A DNA stretch of 64,000 nucleotides from Planctomycetota bacterium. GTDB lineage: Bacteria; Planctomycetota; UBA1135; UBA2386. Of this stretch, positions 43,984 to 54,193 are shown piece by piece. How positions within the stretch are numbered: the stretch's first letter is position 1; the number at the start of each line of letters is the position of its first letter. The translations under genes and the position numbers were made by a program. Below the pieces are notes generated by a model. That model ran no database searches and was not told where the DNA came from. It was given only the letters and a program-made list of their open reading frames with translations. Location of the stretch: the NCBI GenBank assembly GCA_947501605.1, contig CANMWZ010000009.1, forward strand, positions 52,893 to 116,892. Reading direction: 5' to 3'.

Positions 43984-44259
43984 TCAGCCCTTGATGTGCT
44001 GCGAGACCAGCTTGGTCATCTCGAACATGGTGACCTTCGTCTTGCCACCGAACACTGCCTTCAGTGCATCGTCGGCGTTGATGTTGGTCTTGACCTTGGT
44101 GTCCTGGAGGCCGTTCTTCTTGATGTACTCCCAGAGCTTCTTGGTGATCTCGCTGCGGGGAATCGGCTTGCTGCCGACGACTGCGGCCAGCACGTCATCG
44201 GGCTGGACGGGCTTCATCAGAGCGGGGTTGGGCTTCTTTGCGGCTTTCTTGGCGGCCAT
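43984..44259 (-). CDS. SWIB/MDM2 domain protein
   Basis: LAAVVG..PIPRSEITKKLWEYIKKNGLQD...INAD..LK.VFG...VTMFEMTKLV. Confidence 0.92.
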   Translation of the reverse strand: MAAKKAAKKPNPALMKPVQPDDVLAAVVGSKPIPRSEITKKLWEYIKKNGLQDTKVKTNINADDALKAVFGGKTKVTMFEMTKLVSQHIKG

Positions 44260-44416
44260 GGATGTCGTGTGCGATGTATCGGAGTACGTGGGGTCCGGAA
44301 CCCGGACCGGCGCCGTGCACCCTGCACGGCAGGCCGAGGATGATGCTGCGAGAAGGGCGCTGGCGCGAGCGTCTGCCGGGTGAACTTCGCAGGTCGTGCT
44401 CCGGAAAAGTCCTGGA

Positions 44417-45436
44417 CTACGCCCCAGAAGGAGGTTGCGGACACCGGTCTCGGATCGCGCGGGCGAGCAATTCGAGCGACCGCGGCGACGATCCTTCGGC
44501 CTTGTTGTTGACCACCACCGTGACCGGCAGCGACCGCGACAGGGCCTCGGCGACCACGTCTGCAACCTCTGCGCGGCGCACAGGATCGGGGTCGACGAGG
44601 CGATCGAAGGGTTCGTAGCGCTCGACGGCGTCGGCGTACTGCGAACCGGGTTGCAGCATCCAGCGAACGACGACTTCGCCGTAAGGTAGCGCGCGGGCTC
44701 GTTGTTCTGGGATCGAGGGCATGCTGGGATGGACCGAGTAGCAGTGCCGCGCTCCCGCGGCAGCGACGGCCTGCACGTAGTCGTCGGTGAAGAGGGCGTG
44801 GTCGCGCAGCTCGGTGGCGTAGCACGGGCCCTTTGGCAGCGCCGTCAAGAACGCGTGCAGCCGCTCGGCGAAGCGCTGGGGTTCGCGCACCACGGCCGCA
44901 CCTTGCGGCGGAAACTGGAAGAGCAGCGGTCCGAGACGTTCCCCGAGTCCGAGCACCGCCGGGGTGAGCACGTGGTCGAGCGTCGTCGTGACGTCGAGCC
45001 AGCGTGGGTTCTGCTTGCCAGGTCGCCCGTTCGCACCGCGTAGTCGCGGTGTCGTGACCTCGCTCCAGGCCTTGACGAGAAAGCGGAAGTCCGGCGGCAC
45101 GCTGACGGCGTACTGCGCGAACAGATCCTCGGCGATCGGCGCGTAGAACGTTCGGTCGATGCCGACGGTGCGCAGCAGCGGGTGCTTGCCGTAGGCGGCG
45201 AGGCCACCGTGCGCGAGTTGGTTCTGCTTGGTGCCGGGGGCGTAGACGATGCCGTTCCAGCCAACGAAGGACCACGACGAGGTGCCGAGGCGAAGCGTGA
45301 CCGGTAGTTGCGCCGCGACCACGCGCAGTTCGGGATCCACGGCAGCCGGTTCGACCACCGAGTCGCGTGGCTCCTTGGCGTCGTCGGGCGGGCCGAACAA
45401 GAACTGCTGTCGCTTGCGCGTGTCGTCGTCGCTCAT
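44417..45436 (-). CDS. DUF72 domain protein
   Basis: LGTSSW, TFY, PPDFRFLVKA, GPLLFQFPP, ELR, NN.AEG. Confidence 0.9.
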   Translation of the reverse strand: MSDDDTRKRQQFLFGPPDDAKEPRDSVVEPAAVDPELRVVAAQLPVTLRLGTSSWSFVGWNGIVYAPGTKQNQLAHGGLAAYGKHPLLRTVGIDRTFYAPIAEDLFAQYAVSVPPDFRFLVKAWSEVTTPRLRGANGRPGKQNPRWLDVTTTLDHVLTPAVLGLGERLGPLLFQFPPQGAAVVREPQRFAERLHAFLTALPKGPCYATELRDHALFTDDYVQAVAAAGARHCYSVHPSMPSIPEQRARALPYGEVVVRWMLQPGSQYADAVERYEPFDRLVDPDPVRRAEVADVVAEALSRSLPVTVVVNNKAEGSSPRSLELLARAIRDRCPQPPSGA

Positions 45437-45460
45437 CCGTGGCTCCTCGTCGCGGGGAAG

Positions 45461-46468
45461 TCAGCGCGAGGTGCCGGCGTCCTCGTGCCACACGAACACC
45501 GACGCGGCGTCGATCGGTTGCTGCAATCGGCCGATGCTCGTCAGCTGCTCGATGGTCTGCCGCCAGTGAGATTGGGTCATGCAGCCGAGGCCCAGTCGCT
45601 TGGTCGTCGCCGTCTCGATCAGGGTGCGTTGCCGTTCGGCGGAGCGGTCCATCGCCATGCGGCTCATGGCCGGGTTCTCTTTGGTCATCGCAACCTGAAT
45701 GGCCTCCATGTCGTCGAGGTAGCTCCGCCAGCCATGGGCGCAGGCGCGCACCATCGAGCGGCACAAGGTCTCGTTGGCGGCATAGAAGGAACGCGTCGTC
45801 ACAACGATGGCGTTGTACGGATCGAAGCCCGACTCGCCGATCATGAACACGCGCGTCTTGGTGCCTTGCAGTTCGAGCGACACAGGCTCGGAAGTGAAGA
45901 AGCACTGCTGCGCCAGCGCCGTGTCGGCGGCGAACTGCGCGAGGTTGGCCGAGTACGGCACGACGCGGTGTTTGCCGCCTGGATACACGGTCGACAACCA
46001 GGCGAAGTCAGCGAGCCCCTCCTCGAGCGAGATGGTCGCATCCGACAGCCACAGTTCTTCCAGCGTTCGATAGGGCGTGCTCTCGTGCACCATGATGCCC
46101 ATGGGATTGCCCTGGAACACCGCGAACAGCGCGATGAGGTCGCCGCCCTGCTGGCGTAGCTCCAGCAGTTGGTTGGCGGCAACGACGGCAAACTCGACGT
46201 TGCCGCTGGCGGCGAGCTGTGCCACCGGGATGCCAGGGCCACCCTGCACCAGTTCGACGTCGAGGCCCTCTTTGGCGAACAGGCCCCGCTCTCGGGCAGC
46301 GAAGAAGCCACCGAACTCCGGTTCCGCGGTCCAGTTGAGCTGCAGGCGAACGCGACCCTGCTGCACGCGGTCACCCGCATCGCCGCGGCAACCGCACAAC
46401 GACAGCAGCAAGAGGGAGGCAACGGCGACGGCGAGCGCCGACAAAGGGAACCGACGCCGAGTGCGCAT
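45461..46468 (-). CDS. ABC transporter substrate-binding lipoprotein, NMT1/THI5-like
   Basis: LCGC lipobox; LQLNW..EPEFGGFFAA..RGLFAKEGLDV; TACACT box 6 nt before ATG. Confidence 0.88.
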   Translation of the reverse strand: MRTRRRFPLSALAVAVASLLLLSLCGCRGDAGDRVQQGRVRLQLNWTAEPEFGGFFAARERGLFAKEGLDVELVQGGPGIPVAQLAASGNVEFAVVAANQLLELRQQGGDLIALFAVFQGNPMGIMVHESTPYRTLEELWLSDATISLEEGLADFAWLSTVYPGGKHRVVPYSANLAQFAADTALAQQCFFTSEPVSLELQGTKTRVFMIGESGFDPYNAIVVTTRSFYAANETLCRSMVRACAHGWRSYLDDMEAIQVAMTKENPAMSRMAMDRSAERQRTLIETATTKRLGLGCMTQSHWRQTIEQLTSIGRLQQPIDAASVFVWHEDAGTSR

Positions 46469-46474
46469 CGCCAC

Positions 46475-46490
46475 AGTGTAAGGGTAAGGT
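46475..46490. promoter_or_regulatory. Back-to-back -10-like elements for the divergent ABC transporter genes
   Basis: TACACT on - (46475-46480) and TAAGGT on + (46485-46490) in a 37-bp intergenic gap. Confidence 0.45.
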
Positions 46491-46505
46491 GCGCGAGTCG
46501 AATCC

Positions 46506-47264
46506 GTGTCCTTGGTCATCCGTAACGATCCGTTCTTGGTGCTGAGTGGGGCTTCGCGCTCATTCGCCGCTGCGCGCGCGGTGGATGCCGTGTCGCTAAC
46601 GCTGGCAGCAGGTTCACTCACGGCGCTGGTCGGCCCGTCCGGCTGCGGCAAGACCACGCTGCTGCGCATCCTGGGAGGAATCGAGCCGCTCGATGCAGGT
46701 ACGCTGCAGCGCGCACCAGGCGCTTTCAGCTTCTGTTTCCAGGAGCCGCGTCTGTTGCCGTGGGCCACGGTCTGTCACAACGTGGCGTTGCCGCTCCGGC
46801 TCGCCGGCGTGGCGCGTGCTGAACGGGAGGATCGCGCGCGGGAGGCGCTGAAGCTGGTCCAACTCAGCGACGCCGCCGGGTTGCGCCCGCACCAGTTGTC
46901 GGGCGGCATGAAGATGCGCACGGCACTGGCTCGCGCGCTGGTCGGGAATCCCCGCCTCTTGCTGCTGGACGAGCCCTTCTCTGCGCTCGATGAAGTGACG
47001 CGGCAAGAACTCGATCTCGCGTTGCGGCAGTTGTGGGAGCAGGCGCGCTTCACTGCGGTGATCGTCACGCACTCGCTGCCGGAGGCCGCATTCGTCGCCG
47101 AACGCGTACTCGTGTTGTCGCCAAGGCCCGCGCGAATCGTCGCCGATCTGGCCACGCCGACGGCGGTTCGCGACCGGTCGCTGTGGACCTCCCCCGAACT
47201 CAACGCCGTGGTTGCCGAGGCCTCGCGGCGGCTACACGGGGCGATTGCCGAGGCTCGTCGATGA
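46506..47264 (+). CDS. ABC transporter ATP-binding protein (TauB/SsuB-like)
   Basis: GPSGCGKTT, LSGGM, LLLDEPF, VTH. Confidence 0.93.
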   Translation: MSLVIRNDPFLVLSGASRSFAAARAVDAVSLTLAAGSLTALVGPSGCGKTTLLRILGGIEPLDAGTLQRAPGAFSFCFQEPRLLPWATVCHNVALPLRLAGVARAEREDRAREALKLVQLSDAAGLRPHQLSGGMKMRTALARALVGNPRLLLLDEPFSALDEVTRQELDLALRQLWEQARFTAVIVTHSLPEAAFVAERVLVLSPRPARIVADLATPTAVRDRSLWTSPELNAVVAEASRRLHGAIAEARR

Positions 47265-48058
47265 GCAGCGAGTCGGTCGATCGTCCGCGGTCAGGACTCA
47301 TCGATGCGTTGGCGCCAGCGGTCGTCGTAGTGCTTGCAGTGCTCGCGTGGGCCGCGGCGAAAGAACTGTTCGGCATCCAGGACTACCAGTTGCCGTCGCC
47401 GCTCGGAGTGGCGCGGGCCTTCTGTGCGGATCCAGAGCCGTTCTTGCGGGGCTGTGCCGAGACCGCCGGTAGCGCCGCCCTTGGCTTCGTCCTCGCCGTC
47501 GCGATCGGGGTGGTTGTTGCCAGTGCGCTGTCGCTGTCGCGCACGATCGAACGGTCGGTCTACCCGCTGACGCTGCTGTTCCAGATGGTGCCCCTGGTCG
47601 CGATTGCGCCGTTGCTGGTCGTCTGGTTTGGCTACGGCCGTCCGGCGATCCTCGCCAGTACGGTGGTCGTCGCGGTGTTCCCGGTGATTGCCAGCACGCT
47701 GTCGGGTCTGCGCCGCACCGATCGCGGCCTCGCCGAGCTGTTCGCCACGCTCGCCGCCCCACGATTCTCGACGTGGTGGCTCCTCGCCCTGCCCTCGGCC
47801 GTGCCCTCGATCGTCACGGGGCTGCGCATCGCCGCCGGCCTCGCGACGATCGGCACGATCACCGGCGAGTTCCTGGCCGGCGTCGGCGGGGAGAACGCGC
47901 CGCTCGGGATTCAGATCACGACGGCGTTGAAGAGCTTTCAGACGGACCGCGTGTTCGTTTGCGTGCTGCTCGCCGCCTTGGTGGGGTTCGCGTTGTTCTT
48001 TGCGGTCAGTCTCGTCAGCCGGCTCCTGCTTGCTCGTTGGATGCAGCGGAGCGACTGA
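47261..48058 (+). CDS. ABC transporter permease (TauC/SsuC-like)
   Basis: ATGA overlap; LPSP, P.VAIAPL, LPSAVPSIVTGLRI, GEF. Confidence 0.92.
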   Translation: MSSESVDRPRSGLIDALAPAVVVVLAVLAWAAAKELFGIQDYQLPSPLGVARAFCADPEPFLRGCAETAGSAALGFVLAVAIGVVVASALSLSRTIERSVYPLTLLFQMVPLVAIAPLLVVWFGYGRPAILASTVVVAVFPVIASTLSGLRRTDRGLAELFATLAAPRFSTWWLLALPSAVPSIVTGLRIAAGLATIGTITGEFLAGVGGENAPLGIQITTALKSFQTDRVFVCVLLAALVGFALFFAVSLVSRLLLARWMQRSD

Positions 48059-48067
48059 CGGACCGCT

Positions 48068-50320
48068 TCAGGCTCCCGGCCCCTCGAAGAAGTTCACGCG
48101 GCCGGCGGCAATGTCGTAGATCGCACCGGCGATGCCGATGTCGCCCTGGCTCACCATCGACGCCAGCACGGGGCTGTTTTGCAGGATCCACGCCATCGTG
48201 TGGCGAACGTTGGCCGCCGCGACGCTGTCGACAAAGTCGCTGTTGTGCGAGGTGCGAGGGCCGCTGACGTGGCGGTGGGCCGCTTCATCGCGCACGGCAT
48301 GCGCAATGGCGTCGGTCACCGCGCCGAGATTGGTGAGGCCGGTCGCCGCCATCGCCGTGACGCCTTGATCGACAAAGTCGCACGCTGCCTTGACCGCGCC
48401 GCAGCGCGTGTGGCCGAGAACGACGATGAGCTTGGCGCCTGCGACCTTGCAGGCGAACTCCATGCTGCCGAGGACTTTCTCGCTGGCGACGTTGCCGGCG
48501 AGGCGGCAGCTGAAGATGTCGCCGAGCCCGAGGTCGAACAGGATCTCCGCCGGGGATCGCGAGTCGATGCAGCTGAGGATCACTGCCATCGGGTGCTGGC
48601 CGTCCGCGGTCCCGTCGAGTTGGCGCACGAGGTCCCGGTGGATGCGGTGCCCGGTAGCGAATCGCTCGTTGCCGTCCTTGAGCAGTTGCACGACGCGGGC
48701 GGCGGTCAGCGAGGCCTGGATCTCGCGCGTGGTCCAGTCGACGAACCGAACGACGTCATCGATCGAGTAACGCGCTTGGAACCCAACAGTCGACACCTTC
48801 ACGCCGCGCGCCGGCGCCGTTTCGTTCACGAACTCGTGAATCAGCGACAGGATGTCTGGATCGACGTAGTCCGCCAAGCGCGCGTCGAGCAGCACCTGGT
48901 CCCCGCGATGGAACCCGTTGAGCGTGACCGTCAACCTGGCGCGATTCAGAAAACTGGTCTGGCCGGCGAGTTCGATTCTGTGCAGTACGCCGCTGACGTG
49001 GTCTTCGCGCACCATGCTGAAGCCGCGACGCAGGTTGCTGGCGAGGATGAACGTGATGCTGGTGCCGAGCCCGATGAGGACGCCAATCAGCAGATCGGTG
49101 AGCACGATCGCGACGATCGTCACGAGGAAGGGGATGAACTGGGCCTTGCCTTGCTGCCACGTCGACTTGAACACCTTCGGACCCGCGAGCTTGAAGCCCG
49201 TGACCATGAGGATCGCCGCCAACGCCGACAGCGGGATGCGATTCAACAGCTGCGGGATGAACACGACGCTGCCGAGCAGCAAGGCGCCGTGCGTCATCGT
49301 CGACACCCGGTTGGTGGCGCCAGCCTGGGCGTTCACCGAACTGCGCACGATCACCGAGGTCATGGGCAGGGCGCCAAGGAGGCCGGCGGCGATGTTGCCG
49401 ACGCCCTGCGCCACCAGCTCGCGGTTTGGCGGGGACACGCGGCGCTGTGGGTCGAGCTTGTCGGTCGCTTCGAGGTTCAGCAGTGTTTCTAGCGACGCGA
49501 CGATGGCGAGGGTGAGGCCTGCGAGCAGGACTCGCGGGTTCAAGATGTGGGTGAGGTCCGGTGTCAGCACGAGGTGCGTCCAGGGCGACTCGCCGGCTGC
49601 TGGCAGCGGCAGCGCGACCAGGTGCGAGTCGGCAATGACCCACTCCGAGCCAGTCGCCCGCAGCAGTTCGCTGAGCAAGACGCCGAGCAGGACGGCGCCG
49701 ATGGGCGCCGGGATCGGCGTTCGGGCGAGCGGTGTGCGTGGCCAGACGACCAAGAGTCCGAGGCACGCAAGGCCGGTGAGCGCTGCGCCCGGCACAAACA
49801 TCTCCAGCGACCGCAGCAGTTCGCTGAACGTGTTCTGTCCGTCGGGCTGGAAGAAGCTCATCTCGCCTTCCCAGTCAGCGTCGTGCCCGACGAGGTGCGG
49901 GATCTGTTTCAGTATCAGCACGATGCCGATCGAGGCCAGCAGGCCGCGGATCACGTTGCTCGGCACGTAGCTGGCGAGCGCGCCAGCCCGCAGCGCGCCG
50001 CCGAGCACCTGCAGCACGCCCGACACGGTCACGGCGCACAGAAAGGCCTCGAACGAGCCCAGGTCCTGCATCTGCGCCACGACCACGGCGGCTAGGCCTG
50101 CTGCTGGACCGCTGACGCTCACCGACGAACCGCTCAAGGCGCCGACGAGAAGGCCGCCCAGGATGCCCGAGAGCAGACCTGCTTGCATCGGCGCGCCGCT
50201 GACGTGCGCGATGCCGAGGCAGAGCGGGATCGCCACGAAGAAGACGACGAGACCGGCGACGACGTTGCGCAGCAGATTTGGTGCGTGGGGGGCGGCGGGT
50301 GGGGAGGCTGTCATGAGCAT
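48068..50320 (-). CDS. SulP anion transporter fused to a beta-class carbonic anhydrase
   Basis: AIPLCLGIA, SVSGPAAG, QGVGN, SVIVRS; STAS-like linker; CIDSR, AGN and GHTRCGA zinc ligands. Confidence 0.93.
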   Translation of the reverse strand: MLMTASPPAAPHAPNLLRNVVAGLVVFFVAIPLCLGIAHVSGAPMQAGLLSGILGGLLVGALSGSSVSVSGPAAGLAAVVVAQMQDLGSFEAFLCAVTVSGVLQVLGGALRAGALASYVPSNVIRGLLASIGIVLILKQIPHLVGHDADWEGEMSFFQPDGQNTFSELLRSLEMFVPGAALTGLACLGLLVVWPRTPLARTPIPAPIGAVLLGVLLSELLRATGSEWVIADSHLVALPLPAAGESPWTHLVLTPDLTHILNPRVLLAGLTLAIVASLETLLNLEATDKLDPQRRVSPPNRELVAQGVGNIAAGLLGALPMTSVIVRSSVNAQAGATNRVSTMTHGALLLGSVVFIPQLLNRIPLSALAAILMVTGFKLAGPKVFKSTWQQGKAQFIPFLVTIVAIVLTDLLIGVLIGLGTSITFILASNLRRGFSMVREDHVSGVLHRIELAGQTSFLNRARLTVTLNGFHRGDQVLLDARLADYVDPDILSLIHEFVNETAPARGVKVSTVGFQARYSIDDVVRFVDWTTREIQASLTAARVVQLLKDGNERFATGHRIHRDLVRQLDGTADGQHPMAVILSCIDSRSPAEILFDLGLGDIFSCRLAGNVASEKVLGSMEFACKVAGAKLIVVLGHTRCGAVKAACDFVDQGVTAMAATGLTNLGAVTDAIAHAVRDEAAHRHVSGPRTSHNSDFVDSVAAANVRHTMAWILQNSPVLASMVSQGDIGIAGAIYDIAAGRVNFFEGPGA

Positions 50321-50697
50321 CGATACGAGAGTGGACGAGCGCAGCGAAGGCAGTCGCTTCCAGTGCGATCGCGGCCCGGCTTAGAGGACTGTCCGGCTGC
50401 CGGCAAGCGCCAGCCCCGCGGTAACGAAGAAAGTCGTCGACCCTGGCTCCGCGTCGACGATGGTCGGTTGCTCCGGTATCGTGCTTCGCTCGACAACCGG
50501 CATCGGTCGAGTCGGCGCCGTCCGCATCCAGCAACCCTCTCGCAGTGGTTTCTCCACATCATGAAGGGAGCGCGACCAGCTCGAGCGACCGATGCCGGTG
50601 CCGCGAACTCGTCCCCTGCCGCTACGGATCCACTCCTTGTTCCCGGCCGCCTTGGCTCGGCCACACACGCAGTGCAGCTGTGAAGCCACTACCAATC

Positions 50698-51873
50698 ATG
50701 CGCATGCTGTTCCTTGTCTGTGGCGCGATCGCGCTGTTCCTTTCTTCTGCGGTTGCCCAAGACGCTGGGCTTGCCAACGCTGGGCTTGCCAACGTGCGCG
50801 ACTTGCACGCGGTCTTCGTCAAAGTCCGTGCGGAAACCGCAGCCGAGACCGAGACGCTGATGGCCGAGGCTCGCAAGCAGGAGCGCGGCAGCGACGAGCA
50901 GAAGCAGACCATGGCCAAGATGGGCGAGTTGCGCGCGCGTTCGGGGGTGGCCCAGAAGGCCCTGCTCGAGGCCTTTGCCAAGTGCGACTGGACCAAGCTC
51001 GACGTTGCGACCGACGCCGCCATCCTCAAGGACGGTCTGCCGTCGATCGCGCGCGATCTCGAGGTGCCCGCAGCTGCGATCAAGGCGGGCGAGTTCTTCC
51101 TCGCCCACTTTGGTGACGAGCGGATGGCGGATGCCATTCGCGGCAACGCGCTGCCGATGGCGTTGCTGTCGACCGGGCAAGCTCCCGCTGCACAGAAGCT
51201 GATCGAAGCGGCCGTCGCCAAGGCTACGGGCCCACAAAAGGTCACCATGATGCTGACGCTCGGCGACCTCCATGCTGCCAGCGGCGACATGGCAGCCGCG
51301 CAGACGATCTACGACGAGGCGGACGCTCTCGCCGACGACAAGACCAAGAGCTACGTCACGCTGCGCAAGGAGCTCATCGGCAAACCGGCGCCGGACATCG
51401 ACAGCAAGAGTTGGATCGGCGGCGAAGCCAAGCCGCTGTCGGCGATGAAGGGCAAGGTCGTGTTGGTCGACTTCTGGGCTACCTGGTGTGGTCCGTGTCG
51501 GATGGTCATGCCGGCCTTGAACAGCATGTACGGGGCGCACAAGGCGCACGGCCTCGAAGTGATCGGTGTCACGCACTTCTACGCCAACGGCTACATGGCC
51601 AACAACAAGTCGCAGATGCAGTCGGGCGGCGACTCGGTTCAAGGCATGACGGAGGCGAGCTTTCCGACTCACGTCACGGCGTTCCGCACCAACACCGAGA
51701 TTGCCTATCCGTTCGTCATCGGCACCGAGGCCGACTTCAAGAACTACATGGTCCGCGGGATCCCCACGCTCGCAGTCGTCGGCAAGGATGGCAACATCGC
51801 GCTGATCACGGTCGGTTCCGGCAGCGAAGGTCTGCTGCGCTTTGCGGTGGAGAAGCTCCTGAGGTCTGAATGA
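50698..51873 (+). CDS. Secreted TlpA-like thioredoxin with a helical/TPR-like N-terminus
   Basis: Signal peptide ...AVA|Q; DFWATWCGPC; VRGIPT. Confidence 0.87.
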   Translation: MRMLFLVCGAIALFLSSAVAQDAGLANAGLANVRDLHAVFVKVRAETAAETETLMAEARKQERGSDEQKQTMAKMGELRARSGVAQKALLEAFAKCDWTKLDVATDAAILKDGLPSIARDLEVPAAAIKAGEFFLAHFGDERMADAIRGNALPMALLSTGQAPAAQKLIEAAVAKATGPQKVTMMLTLGDLHAASGDMAAAQTIYDEADALADDKTKSYVTLRKELIGKPAPDIDSKSWIGGEAKPLSAMKGKVVLVDFWATWCGPCRMVMPALNSMYGAHKAHGLEVIGVTHFYANGYMANNKSQMQSGGDSVQGMTEASFPTHVTAFRTNTEIAYPFVIGTEADFKNYMVRGIPTLAVVGKDGNIALITVGSGSEGLLRFAVEKLLRSE

Positions 51874-54170
51874 GGTTTGCGGTCGCGCTGCTCGCAGCTG
51901 CGAGTCTCGCGGGCTGCGGCGGCGCCGACGATTCGGCGCCGGGTGGGGAGTCGGGTGGCGTCGCTGTTGTGGCTCCCGCATTCGTCGGGTCGGCAAGCTG
52001 TGGTCAGTGTCACGCCGGGCATGCGACACGTTGGGCTCACTCGCATCACGCGCTGGCGATGCAGCCGGCGACCGCGGCCACTGTGCTCGGTGACTTTGCC
52101 GATGTGACGTTCGAACACGAAGGTGTCACCACGCGCTTCTCGCGCCGCGCCACCGCGTTTGTCGTGCGCACGGAAGGAGCCGACGGCGCTTTGGCGGATT
52201 TCGAGGTGAAGTGGACCTTCGGCCTCGACCCGTTGCAGCAGTATCTCGTCGATCTCGGTCGCGGGCGCTTGCACGCGCTCGACATCGCCTGGGACGCGCG
52301 CAGCAAGGAGCAGGGCGGGCAGCGCTGGATCCACCTCCATCCGGCGGACAAGGTGGGCCCGTCGGATCCGCTGCACTGGACCGGTGCGAACCTGCAGTGG
52401 AATCACATGTGCGCCGAGTGTCATTCGACCAACGTGCACAAGGGCTACGACGCCGCCACCGACACGTTTGCGACCACGGCGACCGAGCACGGCGTCGGTT
52501 GCGAGGCGTGCCACGGACCGGGCGAACGCCACCTCGCGTGGGCCGGCCTCGAGGCCTCGCAGCGCCAACGCGATGCGGCGAGGGGGCTCGTGGTGCAGTT
52601 GCCGAAGCCTGCGGCCTTCGTGTTCGAAGCCGGCGCACGCACGGCGAAGCGGGTCGCGCCAGTGCCGCCGATCGAGGTCGAGGCCTGTGCGCGTTGCCAT
52701 TCGCGGCGCACGACGACGACGCTCGACTACGAGCACGGCAAGCCGCTGCTGGACACGCATCTGCTCGCATTGCTCGAGGACTCGCTCTACTTCCCCGACG
52801 GTCAGATCCAGGACGAAGTGTTCGAGTACGGCTCGTTCGTCCAGAGCAAGATGTTCCACGCGGGCGTCACGTGCAGCGATTGCCACGACGCCCATGCCGG
52901 CGGTCTGCGTGCGCCTGGCAACGAACTCTGCGTGCGTTGCCACGACCGCACCTACTTCGATCAGCCGGCGCATCACCATCATGCAGTCGGGACCAAGGGT
53001 GCAACCTGCGTCGAGTGCCACATGCCCGAACGGCACTACATGGTGGTCGACCCGCGTCGCGATCATTCGATTCGCGTGCCGCGTCCCGATCTCGCCGTCG
53101 TGCACGGCACGCAGGACGCATGCACGATGTGCCACACCGACAAGAAACCGAAGTGGGCCGCCGACGCGGTGGCGACATGGCGCGGCCAGGACGCAGCGCC
53201 ACTGCCAGAGCACTGGACGGCTGCGATCGCGGCTGGTCGCGCCCGTTCGCCTCGCGCCGGTTCGCTGTTGTTGGCGGCGCTGCGCCACGACGACTGGCCG
53301 GCGATCGTCCGCGGCACCGCCGCCAGTTTGCTCGGCGACCACGGCGGCGAAGAGGTGGACCGCAGCCTCGCTGCTGCTGCGCGCGATCCGAGCCCACTGG
53401 TTCGTCTCGGCGCGGTCCTTGGTCTCAGGGGTCGCGCTCCGGAACTGCGCGTCGCGCTGCTCGGCCCGCTCCTTGCCGATCCCATCGCGACCGTGCGGCA
53501 GTCCGCGGCCTTTGCTCTGGCGGATTGCGAGGCGCTGCTCACCGGCGACACTCGCACCGCCTTCGTGGCCGCGGCGCGCGAACATGACGAGGCGCAACGT
53601 GCCAACGCAGAGCGCGACTGGGCCTGGGTCAATCGCGGCCTGTTTGCGGCGCAACAGGGGCAGCTCGCCGAGGCCGAGCGCAACTACCGCAAGGCGCTGC
53701 GCCTCGATGCTGGCTCCGTCCGAGCGGCGAGCAATCTCGCCGATCTGCTGCGCGAAGCGGGCCGCGATGACGAAGGGGAGCAGGTTCTGCGGGCGGCGAT
53801 GCTCGCTGCGTTCGACGATCGTCCCTTGCAACATGTGCTCGGGTTGCTGCTGGTCCGCAGGGGCTCGCGCGACGAGGCGGTGCAGTTGCTGCGCGCAGCC
53901 GCGACGGGTTCCGATGCCGATCCGCGCTTTGGCTATGTCGCGGCGGTCGCACTGGTCGAGGCCGGCCGGGTGGACGAAGGGATCGCAATCCTCGAGTCGG
54001 TGCAGCGGCGCGACCCGTGGAACCGCGATGTGCTCGAAGCGCTGGTCGCGTTCACGCGTCAGCATTTTGGCAGCTTTCGCGCGATTCCATGGGCTCGGCA
54101 GTTGCGCGAACTCGCACCCGGCGATGTCGAGGTGCAGGCGATGCTGCGCGAACTCGAATCAGGCAAGTGA
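51870..54170 (+). CDS. Octaheme cytochrome c lipoprotein with HEAT and TPR repeats
   Basis: LAGC lipobox; eight CXXCH motifs (CGQCH, CAECH, CEACH, CARCH, CSDCH, CVRCH, CVECH, CTMCH); ATGA overlap with the TlpA gene. Confidence 0.9.
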   Translation: MRFAVALLAAASLAGCGGADDSAPGGESGGVAVVAPAFVGSASCGQCHAGHATRWAHSHHALAMQPATAATVLGDFADVTFEHEGVTTRFSRRATAFVVRTEGADGALADFEVKWTFGLDPLQQYLVDLGRGRLHALDIAWDARSKEQGGQRWIHLHPADKVGPSDPLHWTGANLQWNHMCAECHSTNVHKGYDAATDTFATTATEHGVGCEACHGPGERHLAWAGLEASQRQRDAARGLVVQLPKPAAFVFEAGARTAKRVAPVPPIEVEACARCHSRRTTTTLDYEHGKPLLDTHLLALLEDSLYFPDGQIQDEVFEYGSFVQSKMFHAGVTCSDCHDAHAGGLRAPGNELCVRCHDRTYFDQPAHHHHAVGTKGATCVECHMPERHYMVVDPRRDHSIRVPRPDLAVVHGTQDACTMCHTDKKPKWAADAVATWRGQDAAPLPEHWTAAIAAGRARSPRAGSLLLAALRHDDWPAIVRGTAASLLGDHGGEEVDRSLAAAARDPSPLVRLGAVLGLRGRAPELRVALLGPLLADPIATVRQSAAFALADCEALLTGDTRTAFVAAAREHDEAQRANAERDWAWVNRGLFAAQQGQLAEAERNYRKALRLDAGSVRAASNLADLLREAGRDDEGEQVLRAAMLAAFDDRPLQHVLGLLLVRRGSRDEAVQLLRAAATGSDADPRFGYVAAVALVEAGRVDEGIAILESVQRRDPWNRDVLEALVAFTRQHFGSFRAIPWARQLRELAPGDVEVQAMLRELESGK

Positions 54171-54193
54171 CGCCACGACCGAGCGCGGCGTCG

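Noticed and set aside
50762..50794. 15-bp in-frame duplication (AGLAN x2) after a signal peptide
   Set aside because: Neutral-looking local duplication in a linker.
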